From positions 1,152,001 to 1,216,000 of the forward strand of contig CAXXMV010000006.1 of the NCBI GenBank assembly GCA_963662285.2: a stretch of DNA of 64,000 nucleotides, given 5' to 3'. How positions within the stretch are numbered: the stretch's first letter is position 1; every line of letters begins with the position of its first letter. Made by a program: the position numbers and the translations under genes. Shown here in pieces: positions 19,106 through 28,898 of the stretch. The notes under the pieces were generated by a model, which was given only the letters and a program-made list of their open reading frames with translations, did no database searches and was not told the origin of the DNA. Origin of the DNA: a bacterium. GTDB lineage: Bacteria; Hinthialibacterota; Hinthialibacteria; Hinthialibacterales; Hinthialibacteraceae.

Positions 19106-20920
19106 ATGAAGAAAGTATTTGATATTTATCTACCTTTCATCGTGTTTGGTTTTTGTGTGTGTATGGTCTTTCTGGTTCCATTGGCAATGGCGCAAGATGT
19201 GGAAGACGAGATTCCTACGGCGGTGATTCAACTTCAGGCAGTAACTGAGCAAGACCTCACTGATAATGGGATCACCACGGGTCGAGCTACAGGTTTACCC
19301 GTAGTCGGTTATGGAACCACCGTTTATCTTTTGGGTAGTGGAATACCAGTGGAAGAAACCGAGATCATAGGATACCAATGGACCATCACTGGTGATGATT
19401 TCTTATTCGACTCAACCGAGCAGAATCCAACTTTTGTTCCTGCAGTCGTAGGAACCTACAAAGTCGAGTTGGTAGTAACGGATTCTGCTGGAGAAAAGAG
19501 TAAACCGGCTAGCTTGGATATCACGGCGGCGAAATGGCTAGGGGTTGCGAATTGCGCGATATGTCATTCTGACACCCCTCTCAAACTGGGTAACCGATTC
19601 GAAGAATGGAGCATGACGGGTCATGCTGCGTTTTTCGCGGAAAATATCGATCACGGCGCAGCTTATTATGGTGAGCGTTGCATCCATTGCCACACGGTTG
19701 GATACGATGAACTGGTCGATAATGGAGGTTTTGACGATGTAGCCAGGAAATTAGGCTGGACATACCCCGAAACCAAGGAAGCAGGGAACTGGGCAAAAAT
19801 GCAAATGGATTACCCTGATCTAGCCAATTTGGCTAATATTCAATGCGAAAACTGCCATGGACCGGGAGGTTCGCATTACGGCAACAGATTTAAGATTGCC
19901 ACCACTTTCGATTCCGGGATGTGCGGTTTCTGTCACGATGCGCGTGGCGGCGGTAATCATGTCAAAAACTACCAATGGGATACGTCTAATCATGCGAGTT
20001 TCCCCCCGATTCGTTCTGGTCCAGGCAGTGAAAGCTGCGTACCATGTCATACCGGTATCGGCTTTGTGATGACGCACGATGAAGATTACGCAACTCATAA
20101 GCTCTCGACTGAACCCTCAGCTATTGGTTGCGCTGTTTGTCACGATCCGCATAATGAGGATAACGAGCATCAAGTGCGCGTGGTTAAAGATGTCACGCTT
20201 GGAAACGGAGTCGTGGTGACGGCGGAAGAAGCTGGATTAGGCGCTCTCTGCATAAACTGCCATAAAGCGCGAACCAATGTGGATGAATATGCTTTGGAAT
20301 ATCACAGCCGCTTCGGACCCCATCACGGACCGCAAGGCGATTTGGTCAAAGGCACGGGTGGTTATGAATATCCTGATATTACCTATACCTCTTTTTCGCC
20401 TCACATGAAGGTAACTGGTGATTCATGCGTGACCTGTCACATGGCTGAACCGCCTGAAGATGCTCCAGATCGAGCTGTTGGACTCCACACCTTCCGAATG
20501 TCGGCTGCAGCAGGGGAAATTGAAGGAGTCACTGAAGACGTCGTCAACACGAACGCCTGCGCGAGATGTCATGGTGAAATGGAATCGATCAATTATATGG
20601 CTAAAGGCGACTATGACGGAGACAACGTGCGGGAAGGCATCCAGGACGAAGTTAGCGGCTTGATGGAATTAGTTGGTCATCTGCTTCCTCCATACGGTTC
20701 TCCCGATGTCGCTGTGGCGGATACTTACACCGATGCCGAACTGAAAGCGGCGTATAACCATATCTTTCTAGAAGAAGATAGAAGCCAAGGCGTCCATAAT
20801 CCGCAATACGCTGTGCAACTCTTGCAAAGCTCTTACTTCTCGATGACCGGCCAGAATATTCCTAATGCATATATGCTCATTGAATGGACGACGCCTGTGG
20901 ATAATTGGTCGATATACTAA
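19106..20920 (+). CDS. Exported nonaheme cytochrome c with N-terminal PKD-like domain, NrfA/OcwA-like C-terminal bundle and VDNWSIY tail
   Basis: Nine CxxCH motifs (CAICH, CIHCH, CENCH, CGFCH, CVPCH, CAVCH, CINCH, CVTCH, CARCH); GYQWT...GTYKVELVVTD PKD pattern; EDRSQGVHNPQYA. Confidence 0.9.
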   Translation: MKKVFDIYLPFIVFGFCVCMVFLVPLAMAQDVEDEIPTAVIQLQAVTEQDLTDNGITTGRATGLPVVGYGTTVYLLGSGIPVEETEIIGYQWTITGDDFLFDSTEQNPTFVPAVVGTYKVELVVTDSAGEKSKPASLDITAAKWLGVANCAICHSDTPLKLGNRFEEWSMTGHAAFFAENIDHGAAYYGERCIHCHTVGYDELVDNGGFDDVARKLGWTYPETKEAGNWAKMQMDYPDLANLANIQCENCHGPGGSHYGNRFKIATTFDSGMCGFCHDARGGGNHVKNYQWDTSNHASFPPIRSGPGSESCVPCHTGIGFVMTHDEDYATHKLSTEPSAIGCAVCHDPHNEDNEHQVRVVKDVTLGNGVVVTAEEAGLGALCINCHKARTNVDEYALEYHSRFGPHHGPQGDLVKGTGGYEYPDITYTSFSPHMKVTGDSCVTCHMAEPPEDAPDRAVGLHTFRMSAAAGEIEGVTEDVVNTNACARCHGEMESINYMAKGDYDGDNVREGIQDEVSGLMELVGHLLPPYGSPDVAVADTYTDAELKAAYNHIFLEEDRSQGVHNPQYAVQLLQSSYFSMTGQNIPNAYMLIEWTTPVDNWSIY

Positions 20921-20979
20921 CGTTAACAAAGAAGAAATAATCTATTCAGATTATTTCTATTGTCTCTCTAGGGAAAAAA

Positions 20980-21007
20980 CCCTCGCCTTTAGGCGAGGGC
21001 TTTTTTT
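20980..21007 (+). terminator. Rho-independent terminator
   Basis: CCCTCGCCT-TT-AGGCGAGGG followed by a T7 tract. Confidence 0.8.
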
Positions 21008-21094
21008 ATTTGTAAGCGTTAACATTTTTATTTGTGATCGTTTAACCTTCTGAACGATAAAGTAGACTTCGTAATAAGTTTCTGGGGAGAGATA

Positions 21095-23539
21095 TTGATT
21101 ATGAAGCGAATTGCTCTTTGTTTAGGTGTATTTGTAATTCTTCTGCTGCTGATAATATCGATCATCAAGTTTGATAATATTTCAACAACTACTAATGAAA
21201 TAAATCAAAGAATTTCAACGCCTAATAATGTGGAACAACCACTTCTGACTCAACCGGATGATGCCAAAAATCACAATAGTGCTATTCAATCTAGACCTAG
21301 TCAAATATCTGCGTTATTAAATACACCCACTCCCGCAGAAATCATTCCTCAAACAATAACCATTAATGGTTTAGTGGTTGATGAGAAAAATGAAGCAGTA
21401 TCTAACGCTGATGTTTCTGTAGAAATATATAAAAAGGCAGATTTGAAGAAGACGGAGAAGCGTAAATCATTGGATGATGGTTCTTTTAATTTCAAACTAA
21501 ACGATGCGCAAACCTACAAACTAATCGTAAGTCATGAAGGTTATATTCCGTCTAAATATACTGGAGGTTTTACGGATCACAATCCACGGATCATATTGAA
21601 GCGCCTGGGTAAATTCATTGGCCGGGTGGTTGATGAGTTAGAAAAACCCGTGCAATTCGCCAATGTTGTGATCAAGCCCGTCACAGGCGCAGCCCGGATT
21701 CTGTTGAATTTACAGACGGATCAGGGTGGCGCGTTTGCAACAGAGGAAATTTTACCCCCTGGTGAATATGAAATTGCTGCAACCCAGGATGAATATCATG
21801 ATGTTGGTGAGGGAAGTCTTAAACAGGAAATAACGCATCCTGTGGAAAAGGTAACGTTGAGGCTGCTTTCTGAGGTGTTTGAACTGCAAGGCCGCGTGAT
21901 TGATTACAGAACGAAAAATGGCGTTCCAGGAATGAAAGTCGTCATGCAGTCATGGGGATATGGTGGAACATATTCAGGTCAAGTAGGCGAAGAGACCAGT
22001 GATGATAAGGGGGCGTTTCATTTTAAGAATATTCCTCCCGGAGAATATGTAGTGAGCGGATGGAAGCCAGCTGACGATTCCAATCCATACCGTTTTGCGG
22101 ATCGATGCAGGTCGGTGGTTGCTTCAATGCGCCATAAATCCATGAATGAAATAATTCTTTATGCAGCCAAATCAATCGAAATTTCGGGTAAAGTCATTGA
22201 TGCAAAACGAAAACCAGTTTCCGGCGCTAAAATCATCTGCGCTGAACCAGGTGGAGGAATGGATGCAACGACGGATAAATCAGGTCAATTCAAGCTGATA
22301 TTTCCACCGTCTGAGTTGCACAAACCATCCCGCTACCGGCTTCTGGCCAGTAAAAAAGTAGATGACAAAACCAGGTATTCATTTAGCCAATGGCTGGTGA
22401 GTGAGAATGGTGATCCTATTCGTAATGTTGTGTTGACCTTGGAGGAAGGGATAACCTTGAAAGGCCGGGTGCTATCGCGCCAAGGGGCGCCTATTCCTGA
22501 TGCGGCGTTGAAAATTAAGAATAGATATACCAGTGAATCTTCTGAGACGAAATCAGACGATGCCGGAGCGTATGAATTTTTAGATATCATGCCTGTGAGT
22601 TTGATCGACAACGCTTATCAAAATGCATATTGGCTAAAGGCCAATGCTGAGAATTATTCAGAAGCATTGCATTTTCTTAACCCTTCAAGCGATCAGCAAG
22701 AGATGATCCGCGATATCATTCTTGATGAATCATTAATGATAAAAGGCAAAGTCACCGATTCTGAAAACAGGCCTATTAAAGATGTCTGGGTCGATGCCAG
22801 CCTTCCCGGACAACCGGGCAAATCGGAAATGACTGACGCCGATGGTCTATATGAATTTAAGAATTTACCTTCCGGGCGTTATGATCTGATGTTTCAATAT
22901 ACCAAAAGACCAATGAGATCAGGTTATTTATGGGGGGTGCAGGCGGGTGAAGAGAATGCTGATATTAAACTTACGTTCCAACCAATTTCTTTAAATGTAA
23001 GTCTGGATATTCATGAAGACGTTGACCGGGCGGCGCCGATATCAGCCAATATATATAGAAAAATGGAGGATGGATCATTGGCGGAACGCAATGGAGTTAA
23101 GGTTTCGCTATCTTCATCCTCATTATCCATAATGATGTGGGAGCCGGGCATATATCATTTGCGCTGTTATGTTCCAAATTGTCCTATGGCGGGCGCCTGG
23201 GTGGTGGTAGAGCAGGATATGGAGGAAGATGTAATTGAGATAACTGTTCCGATTGGCCCGCCGAAACCGATGAATTCCATCACGGGAATTATCCAACAGA
23301 TGGAAGGATTTACCTGTCGTTTTATCCAAAGTCCTTTATGGAACCAAGCGCCTGTCGGACCTTCGGGAGAGTTTAGTTTGACCGATATTCCTGATGGATT
23401 GGTTGATCTGGTTTTATGGGTATACGACGACCAAAGAGGAATGCCCATTAATGTTGATGCGTTGATGAATATGCGGGTTGAAGGCGGCCGGACAATTAAT
23501 ATTGGAGAGATATCCGTCGCTGATTTCTTTCATCCATGA
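21095..23539 (+). CDS. Membrane-anchored protein with repeated carboxypeptidase-regulatory-like beta-sandwich domains
   Basis: N-terminal TM helix; about 6 repeats of I.G.V.D....PV..A.V...TD..G.F. Confidence 0.8.
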   Translation: MIMKRIALCLGVFVILLLLIISIIKFDNISTTTNEINQRISTPNNVEQPLLTQPDDAKNHNSAIQSRPSQISALLNTPTPAEIIPQTITINGLVVDEKNEAVSNADVSVEIYKKADLKKTEKRKSLDDGSFNFKLNDAQTYKLIVSHEGYIPSKYTGGFTDHNPRIILKRLGKFIGRVVDELEKPVQFANVVIKPVTGAARILLNLQTDQGGAFATEEILPPGEYEIAATQDEYHDVGEGSLKQEITHPVEKVTLRLLSEVFELQGRVIDYRTKNGVPGMKVVMQSWGYGGTYSGQVGEETSDDKGAFHFKNIPPGEYVVSGWKPADDSNPYRFADRCRSVVASMRHKSMNEIILYAAKSIEISGKVIDAKRKPVSGAKIICAEPGGGMDATTDKSGQFKLIFPPSELHKPSRYRLLASKKVDDKTRYSFSQWLVSENGDPIRNVVLTLEEGITLKGRVLSRQGAPIPDAALKIKNRYTSESSETKSDDAGAYEFLDIMPVSLIDNAYQNAYWLKANAENYSEALHFLNPSSDQQEMIRDIILDESLMIKGKVTDSENRPIKDVWVDASLPGQPGKSEMTDADGLYEFKNLPSGRYDLMFQYTKRPMRSGYLWGVQAGEENADIKLTFQPISLNVSLDIHEDVDRAAPISANIYRKMEDGSLAERNGVKVSLSSSSLSIMMWEPGIYHLRCYVPNCPMAGAWVVVEQDMEEDVIEITVPIGPPKPMNSITGIIQQMEGFTCRFIQSPLWNQAPVGPSGEFSLTDIPDGLVDLVLWVYDDQRGMPINVDALMNMRVEGGRTINIGEISVADFFHP

Positions 23540-23682
23540 CAAAACCTATCTGCAATGGCTTTCATACTTTCTGCAAGTAACTCTTATAGTTCAATAAAAG
23601 ATACTTTAATCCGCCTCTATATGATAAAATATTAATAGAAGATTGTATGAGCAATAACACTGGTTTTACATGGAGAACGACC

Positions 23683-24033
23683 ATGAAGATACCGGCTCAA
23701 GCGGAACTGCTTAGAATCTATATTGGCGAGAATGATAAATATAAAGGCAAGCCGCTCTATGAAGCGATTGTCGACCGGGCGCGGGAAGAGAAACTGGCGG
23801 GCGCCACGGTGCTGCGCGGCCTGTTGGGGTTCGGCGCCCACAACCGGATGCATACCCATAAAATTCTGCGCCTGTCAGAAGACCTTCCCTTGGTTATAGA
23901 AATAGTTGATTATCCAGAAAAGATCGCCCAATTCGCTCCACTGCTCGATGATATGATCGAGGAAGGATACGTCACCTTGGAGAAGGTGAATGTTATTGCT
24001 TACCGGGTCGGGGATGATAAGAAGGATGTTTGA
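23683..24033 (+). CDS. DUF190 (PII-like) protein
   Basis: LLRIYIGEND...GATVLRG..GFG...LSEDLPLVIEIVD; start placed at ATG 23683 after GGAG. Confidence 0.9.
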   Translation: MKIPAQAELLRIYIGENDKYKGKPLYEAIVDRAREEKLAGATVLRGLLGFGAHNRMHTHKILRLSEDLPLVIEIVDYPEKIAQFAPLLDDMIEEGYVTLEKVNVIAYRVGDDKKDV

Positions 24034-24234
24034 TGACGTAATACTCAGTAGGCTAAAGAATGATGATGGTTGTTAATTTTAACCAGTAAAATTACTCATT
24101 GCCTCTTTTCGGGGGAATGAGCTAAAAACCCCTTTATGCTTTCTTCCCTAATCTTTTTGCAAATCATTACATCTCTATCATACATGTATTCATGATTTGA
24201 TTGATAATAACGTTATCAAATAAACGTCACTAAC

Positions 24235-25374
24235 ATGTCTGGAGGTGACAACATGTATGTTAAAAGGCGTATTCATCAAAGAAGGAAAATGATATTTAGA
24301 ATAAATGGAATTTTAACTTTTCAAATATTAATAATTCTTATTGCTATAGTAGCGTCACAGGGAATTTGCTCTGAAATTGAAACCATCCACAATCCCTTAT
24401 TAACTATTCCACCCGGGTACTCAAAAGGGGTAACTTCCGTCGTTGTTTTTTCAGATGATTCTCGAATCATAACGGGGTCTGGTGATGGCGTGATTATATA
24501 CTGGGATAGTATATCCCTCGAGATGATTAGAATGTTCTTTGATCATGAAGGCGGCGTGACTGCTTTGGCTATTTCGGCGGATGAGGGGAAATTTTTATCC
24601 GGCAGTGGAGACAATAGCGCAAAACTATGGGATTTGGAAACAGGAGAAATCATCAGTCAATTCGAAGGGCACTTAGGCGCAGTAAACAGCGTGGCTTTCT
24701 CGCCAAAGGGCGAATATGTACTTACCAGCAGCAATGATGGGACTGCCAAACTGTGGAATAGTACTAATGCTAAAGTAGTGCATACATTTAGTGGACATGA
24801 AGATTCTGTAAATTCTGCGGTTTTCTCTCCTGATGGGTCTCATGTTATCACTGGATCACAAGATCAGACAGCGCGTATTTGGAACTTGGAGAAACCAGAC
24901 CAACCAATCAGGATTATAGAACATACAGGAAGCATAAATAATGTCGAGTTCTCTCCTGATGGAACTAAATTCCTTACTTGTGGGCAAAATGTTATCCTAT
25001 GGGAGTTGCATAGCGGGAAACCTCTTCATGAATGGTCAACATCAAATTCTTTTACTCCTTGCGCTTTTTCAAAAGATGGTAAGCAGGTTTTTGTTGGTTT
25101 TAATTTGTATGATGTTGAGAGTGGAAATCTAGTTGAGTCATTTTTTAATCATTCTTATACTCCACGAAGCAATGCTTTTGTTCATGATGGGAAATCTTAT
25201 GTAAACGGTTTTACTATATGGAATCTAATACAGGGAAATCTGAACAACCTACCTTTATTCGCGGTTTATATCTTGCGCACATTGCAAACGCTGTATTTTC
25301 ACCTAATGGAAGGACTGTTCTTTTTGCTTCTGGTCGTTCAGGGCAAAAACCGATTGATCATTCAAAGCAATTAA
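24235..25374 (+). CDS. Exported WD40 repeat protein, N-terminal part (frameshifted near 25225)
   Basis: Signal peptide; GH...V.SVAFSP.G...SGS.D.TAKLW repeats; the WD pattern is lost after about 25225. Confidence 0.8.
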   Translation: MSGGDNMYVKRRIHQRRKMIFRINGILTFQILIILIAIVASQGICSEIETIHNPLLTIPPGYSKGVTSVVVFSDDSRIITGSGDGVIIYWDSISLEMIRMFFDHEGGVTALAISADEGKFLSGSGDNSAKLWDLETGEIISQFEGHLGAVNSVAFSPKGEYVLTSSNDGTAKLWNSTNAKVVHTFSGHEDSVNSAVFSPDGSHVITGSQDQTARIWNLEKPDQPIRIIEHTGSINNVEFSPDGTKFLTCGQNVILWELHSGKPLHEWSTSNSFTPCAFSKDGKQVFVGFNLYDVESGNLVESFFNHSYTPRSNAFVHDGKSYVNGFTIWNLIQGNLNNLPLFAVYILRTLQTLYFHLMEGLFFLLLVVQGKNRLIIQSN

Positions 25375-26261
25375 CTCCGGAAAGTGGTGAAATATCTGTA
25401 GGTTCAGTGACAATGTGGGACATTATTACCGGGGAATTGTTATTGACTCTTCCCGATCATGCTTATCCTACTGCAATTGCGTTTTCTAGAGACGGCGCAA
25501 AGATTGCGACAGGCGAATCTTGTAAATATGAGCGTCCCCATCTGCGTGTGTGGAGCGCTCAAACCGGGGAATTATTACAGGCTTTTCCCTCTTTCTCTGG
25601 CATGGTGAAAAAATTGTCGTTTTCACCAGATGTTCATAAGATTGTTATCATACATTTCAGTGAAAATCGTGAAATGGCGGAAATTTGGGATGTAGAGAGT
25701 GGTGAACTGATTCAACAATTAACAGTGGATGATATACCTCTAACGGATATTTCTTTCTCGCCCGATGGAAAGAAGGTTCTCGCAGGAGACTATGACGGAA
25801 ATCTTAAACTATGGGATGCGGAGACGGGTGAATTACTAAAAATGTGGATTGGGCATGATCCAAATAAAGTTACCACAGTCGGTTTCTCACCAGATGGAAC
25901 AAAAATGGCTTCAGGAGGTGAGGACGATATGGTGAAGGTATGGGATATGAAAACAGGCCAACTTCTTCAGACCTTATACCAAGTAACTATTTACTCTTTA
26001 GCCTTCTCTCCCGATGGAAACTATCTTCTTGGTGGATCTTATTCCTCATCTTCAAGCGATTCTGGCGATATTTTTATATGGGATGTAAACAGTGGTGAGC
26101 AATTGGTCCGTTTTCGTGGGAACCATATATTATCGAGATCGGTAGCATTTTCGCCCGATGGAGGGCTAATTGTGACCAGTGGAAGTGATGGTTCAGCGAA
26201 AATATGGGACGTAAGCGAATTCATCAAGGATTCTTTTGTTCAAAGGTGGAGTTTATATTAA
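25218..26261 (+). CDS. WD40 repeat protein, C-terminal part, ending in VQRWSLY
   Basis: WD repeats continue in the other frame; adding 1 nt at TGG-AAT-CTA-(A)AT-ACA-GGG gives WNLNTGK and one continuous ORF. Confidence 0.8.
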   Translation: MESNTGKSEQPTFIRGLYLAHIANAVFSPNGRTVLFASGRSGQKPIDHSKQLTPESGEISVGSVTMWDIITGELLLTLPDHAYPTAIAFSRDGAKIATGESCKYERPHLRVWSAQTGELLQAFPSFSGMVKKLSFSPDVHKIVIIHFSENREMAEIWDVESGELIQQLTVDDIPLTDISFSPDGKKVLAGDYDGNLKLWDAETGELLKMWIGHDPNKVTTVGFSPDGTKMASGGEDDMVKVWDMKTGQLLQTLYQVTIYSLAFSPDGNYLLGGSYSSSSSDSGDIFIWDVNSGEQLVRFRGNHILSRSVAFSPDGGLIVTSGSDGSAKIWDVSEFIKDSFVQRWSLY

Positions 26262-26319
26262 ACGCTCCGTACCAATTATAGCGGTTAACAAAAGTATAGG
26301 CGTATTGATAGTGGTGGTT

Positions 26320-28623
26320 TTACTCAGTAGGCGTAAGCACATTGATGGTTGCCTTATCGACTCTTCCATCATTGGTCATACATGATATAGCGTGGCTGCC
26401 GGATTGTAGTTTTAGGTACATGGGATTATCAACCGTCGCTTCACCCAGATATTTTGTTTCATAATACCAATGGATGGAGCCATCCTTATCCAGGGATGTT
26501 TTGAGTTGGATGCGGTCTGCATTATCTTCTCCAGTTAATATAAATTCCGAGCGGTCAGTGGGGGAAAGGATGCGCAACTCTTTGGAGATCACTGCGCCGC
26601 TGGATTTGGATTGAGCGATATATGGAGATGTGATGTTGGATAAATCCCAGCCCTGGGGTGACGCAGGCCAGCGCTCGATAATTGCATTGGCGCTTGGCGA
26701 CTGGTTCGGAGCGGGATAGTGAATGTCGCATTTCCGGTTAAGAAACTGGCTTTTGGGTAGATGCTCCACATGGGTGTGAGGGCACCAATTAGATGCAGGC
26801 AATCCGCTGCGGGAACAAATCTGGACTTCCTGAAAATCTCCCTGAACGCCGGGCCATTCGGCGCGGTTCAGCCGGGGCAGCATGGTGAACAACTTACGGG
26901 CCAGCGGCAGGGCGCTGCGTGAACCGACCAGCAGCCGTGATGCGCGGCCGTCATTGTTGCCCAGCCAGACTGCTACGGTGTATTGTTGATTGAACATTAC
27001 CGTCCAGGCGTCGCGGTATCCCTGCGATGTTCCTGTTTTCCAGCATACACGCGGCGCCATTGAAATCCGGTCGGGGTTTGCGGCCAGGGGATCATTCTGC
27101 AAAGGCGCTTCCAGCATCTCATAGGTTTTGATGCAAACGCCCCGCGATAATGATCGAAATGGCGGCGCCGTTTTTTGATCTTTGAAATATTTCAACACGC
27201 GGTATTCACCCAGATTGGCCAACATGGCGTAAGCCGTAGCCAATTCTTCTAATTTAACTTCGCAGTTGCCGATGATTATGCCTAGGCCGTAATGTTCGGC
27301 TGAACGGTGCAGGGAACTGAATTTGATGCTTTGCAAATAACTATGGAAGGATTGTTGGCCGATACGTTCTAAAACAGTTATGCACGGCACATTGCGCGAA
27401 GTCTGCAAGACGCTGCCAGCGGTGATCAAGCCTTGGTAGGATTGGTCGAAATTCTCTGGATTGTAGATTCCCTGATCCCATGAATCATCCAGCAGAATCT
27501 CGCAGGGATAGAGTTGGTTTTTTTTCATGGCCAAGGCGAACAACAACGGTTTGAGCGTCGAACCTGGAGAGCGTTCGGCCTGACAGATATCAAATTGTCC
27601 ATCGATTTCCTGATTAGCAAAATCTACTGAACCAACCCGCGCCAACACTTCCGCATTAGAAGAATCAATGATGATAGCGGCGGCGTTTTCTATCTGCCCC
27701 CATGTACGTTTTACCGTTTCCTGAATTATTTGTTCGGTTTTAAGTTGGATGGAGTAATCGAGCGTAGTGACAAGTTTATTGCTATCATTGAGTTTATCGC
27801 GGTATTGCATCGCCAGATGGGGCGAAAGTTTGGGGAAATCGCGCCAAGTAGTGTTGATCCATTTTCGTTTGGCTTCATTGTATTCCTGGGTGGTTATCAA
27901 ATCTTCCTGCAACATACGGACTAAAACAAAATCGCGTCTTTTCTTGGCCTGCATCAAATGCAAGCGTGGATTATATTTGCTGGGCGCTTTGGGTAATCCA
28001 GCTAATAGGGCGGCTTCATCAAGGTTGAGTTCGTTGGAAGGTTTACCAAAATAACGCCGTGAAGCGGCTTCGCAGCCAATTAAGTTTCCTCCATAGGGCG
28101 CGTTATTGAGGTACGACCAGAGGATTTGTTCTTTGCTTGCTCTCAGCCGTAGGCGTATAGCCTGCAACTGTTGGTAGAGTTTAGTCTTGATGGAACTCTG
28201 GTGACCGTGACGCAGTTTGATTACCTGCATGGTTAGAGTCGATGCGCCGGATACGGTTCGACCATGCCGCATGTTTTGATAGAGGGCGCGCAGTACTGCG
28301 ATGGGATCGACGCCGGGATGATAATCAAAACGATGATCCTCAACGGCCAGCGTGGCCTGGATCAGTTTGGGGCTGATTTGATCCAGCGGGCGCTCAAAGC
28401 ACCAGTTATCATCGGAGTTCAAAACCGGATAAAGTAATTGTCCATTGCGGTCATGCAGTTCTCCAGATGAATTGGTTTTTAGATAGAATCCCACATCCAT
28501 AGGCCATAGCAAGATTGTGCAGACTATCAGCAATGATACGCATACGACTAGTATCAATGCTTTGCGCTGTTTACGCAGATAGTCTATAAGGCGTCTGGCT
28601 ATGTTGGAGAATCTTTGCTTCAT
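26320..28623 (-). CDS. pbpC: Penicillin-binding protein 1C
   Basis: EDHRF, SGASTLTMQ, SPGSTLKP, SRN, WKTGTS; immediately downstream of alpha-2-macroglobulin. Confidence 0.93.
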   Translation of the reverse strand: MKQRFSNIARRLIDYLRKQRKALILVVCVSLLIVCTILLWPMDVGFYLKTNSSGELHDRNGQLLYPVLNSDDNWCFERPLDQISPKLIQATLAVEDHRFDYHPGVDPIAVLRALYQNMRHGRTVSGASTLTMQVIKLRHGHQSSIKTKLYQQLQAIRLRLRASKEQILWSYLNNAPYGGNLIGCEAASRRYFGKPSNELNLDEAALLAGLPKAPSKYNPRLHLMQAKKRRDFVLVRMLQEDLITTQEYNEAKRKWINTTWRDFPKLSPHLAMQYRDKLNDSNKLVTTLDYSIQLKTEQIIQETVKRTWGQIENAAAIIIDSSNAEVLARVGSVDFANQEIDGQFDICQAERSPGSTLKPLLFALAMKKNQLYPCEILLDDSWDQGIYNPENFDQSYQGLITAGSVLQTSRNVPCITVLERIGQQSFHSYLQSIKFSSLHRSAEHYGLGIIIGNCEVKLEELATAYAMLANLGEYRVLKYFKDQKTAPPFRSLSRGVCIKTYEMLEAPLQNDPLAANPDRISMAPRVCWKTGTSQGYRDAWTVMFNQQYTVAVWLGNNDGRASRLLVGSRSALPLARKLFTMLPRLNRAEWPGVQGDFQEVQICSRSGLPASNWCPHTHVEHLPKSQFLNRKCDIHYPAPNQSPSANAIIERWPASPQGWDLSNITSPYIAQSKSSGAVISKELRILSPTDRSEFILTGEDNADRIQLKTSLDKDGSIHWYYETKYLGEATVDNPMYLKLQSGSHAISCMTNDGRVDKATINVLTPTE

Positions 28624-28653
28624 TGTTTAAGCCTTATTCATGATCTTAGTGGC

Positions 28654-28808
28654 GGGTGCCAAGGGCAGTGTATTTTCTGCCCTTGATTCAGTCTCCTCAT
28701 ATTTCCAGAATTCTCACTAACGATCTATCGAAAGACAGGGTCATAAGGTGGATTTCGTTTTGCTATGGTTGTACGTCAAGGGCAGAAAGGACACTGCCCT
28801 TGGCACCC
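28654..28808. repeat. Inverted doublet of family B palindromes (REPIN-like)
   Basis: GGGTGCCAAGGGCAGTGTATTTTCTGCCCTTGA (28654-28686) and TCAAGGGCAGAAAGGACACTGCCCTTGGCACCC (28776-28808), about 90 bp apart. Confidence 0.7.
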
Positions 28809-28844
28809 AAACAACCGTGGAATCCAGAGTAATGTCAGAAAGCA

Positions 28845-28884
28845 CAACCCCACTCTAACTCCCCCCAGGCTTGGGGGGAGAATT
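28845..28884 (+). repeat. REP-like palindrome family C
   Basis: CAACCCCACTCTAACTCCCCCCAGGCTTGGGGGGAGAATT. Confidence 0.7.
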
Positions 28885-28898
28885 CTAAACTCAATACT

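Noticed and set aside
23683-24033. Fluoride-resistance module (DUF190 often neighbours crcB/fluC)
   Set aside because: No crcB gene or recognisable fluoride riboswitch is adjacent.
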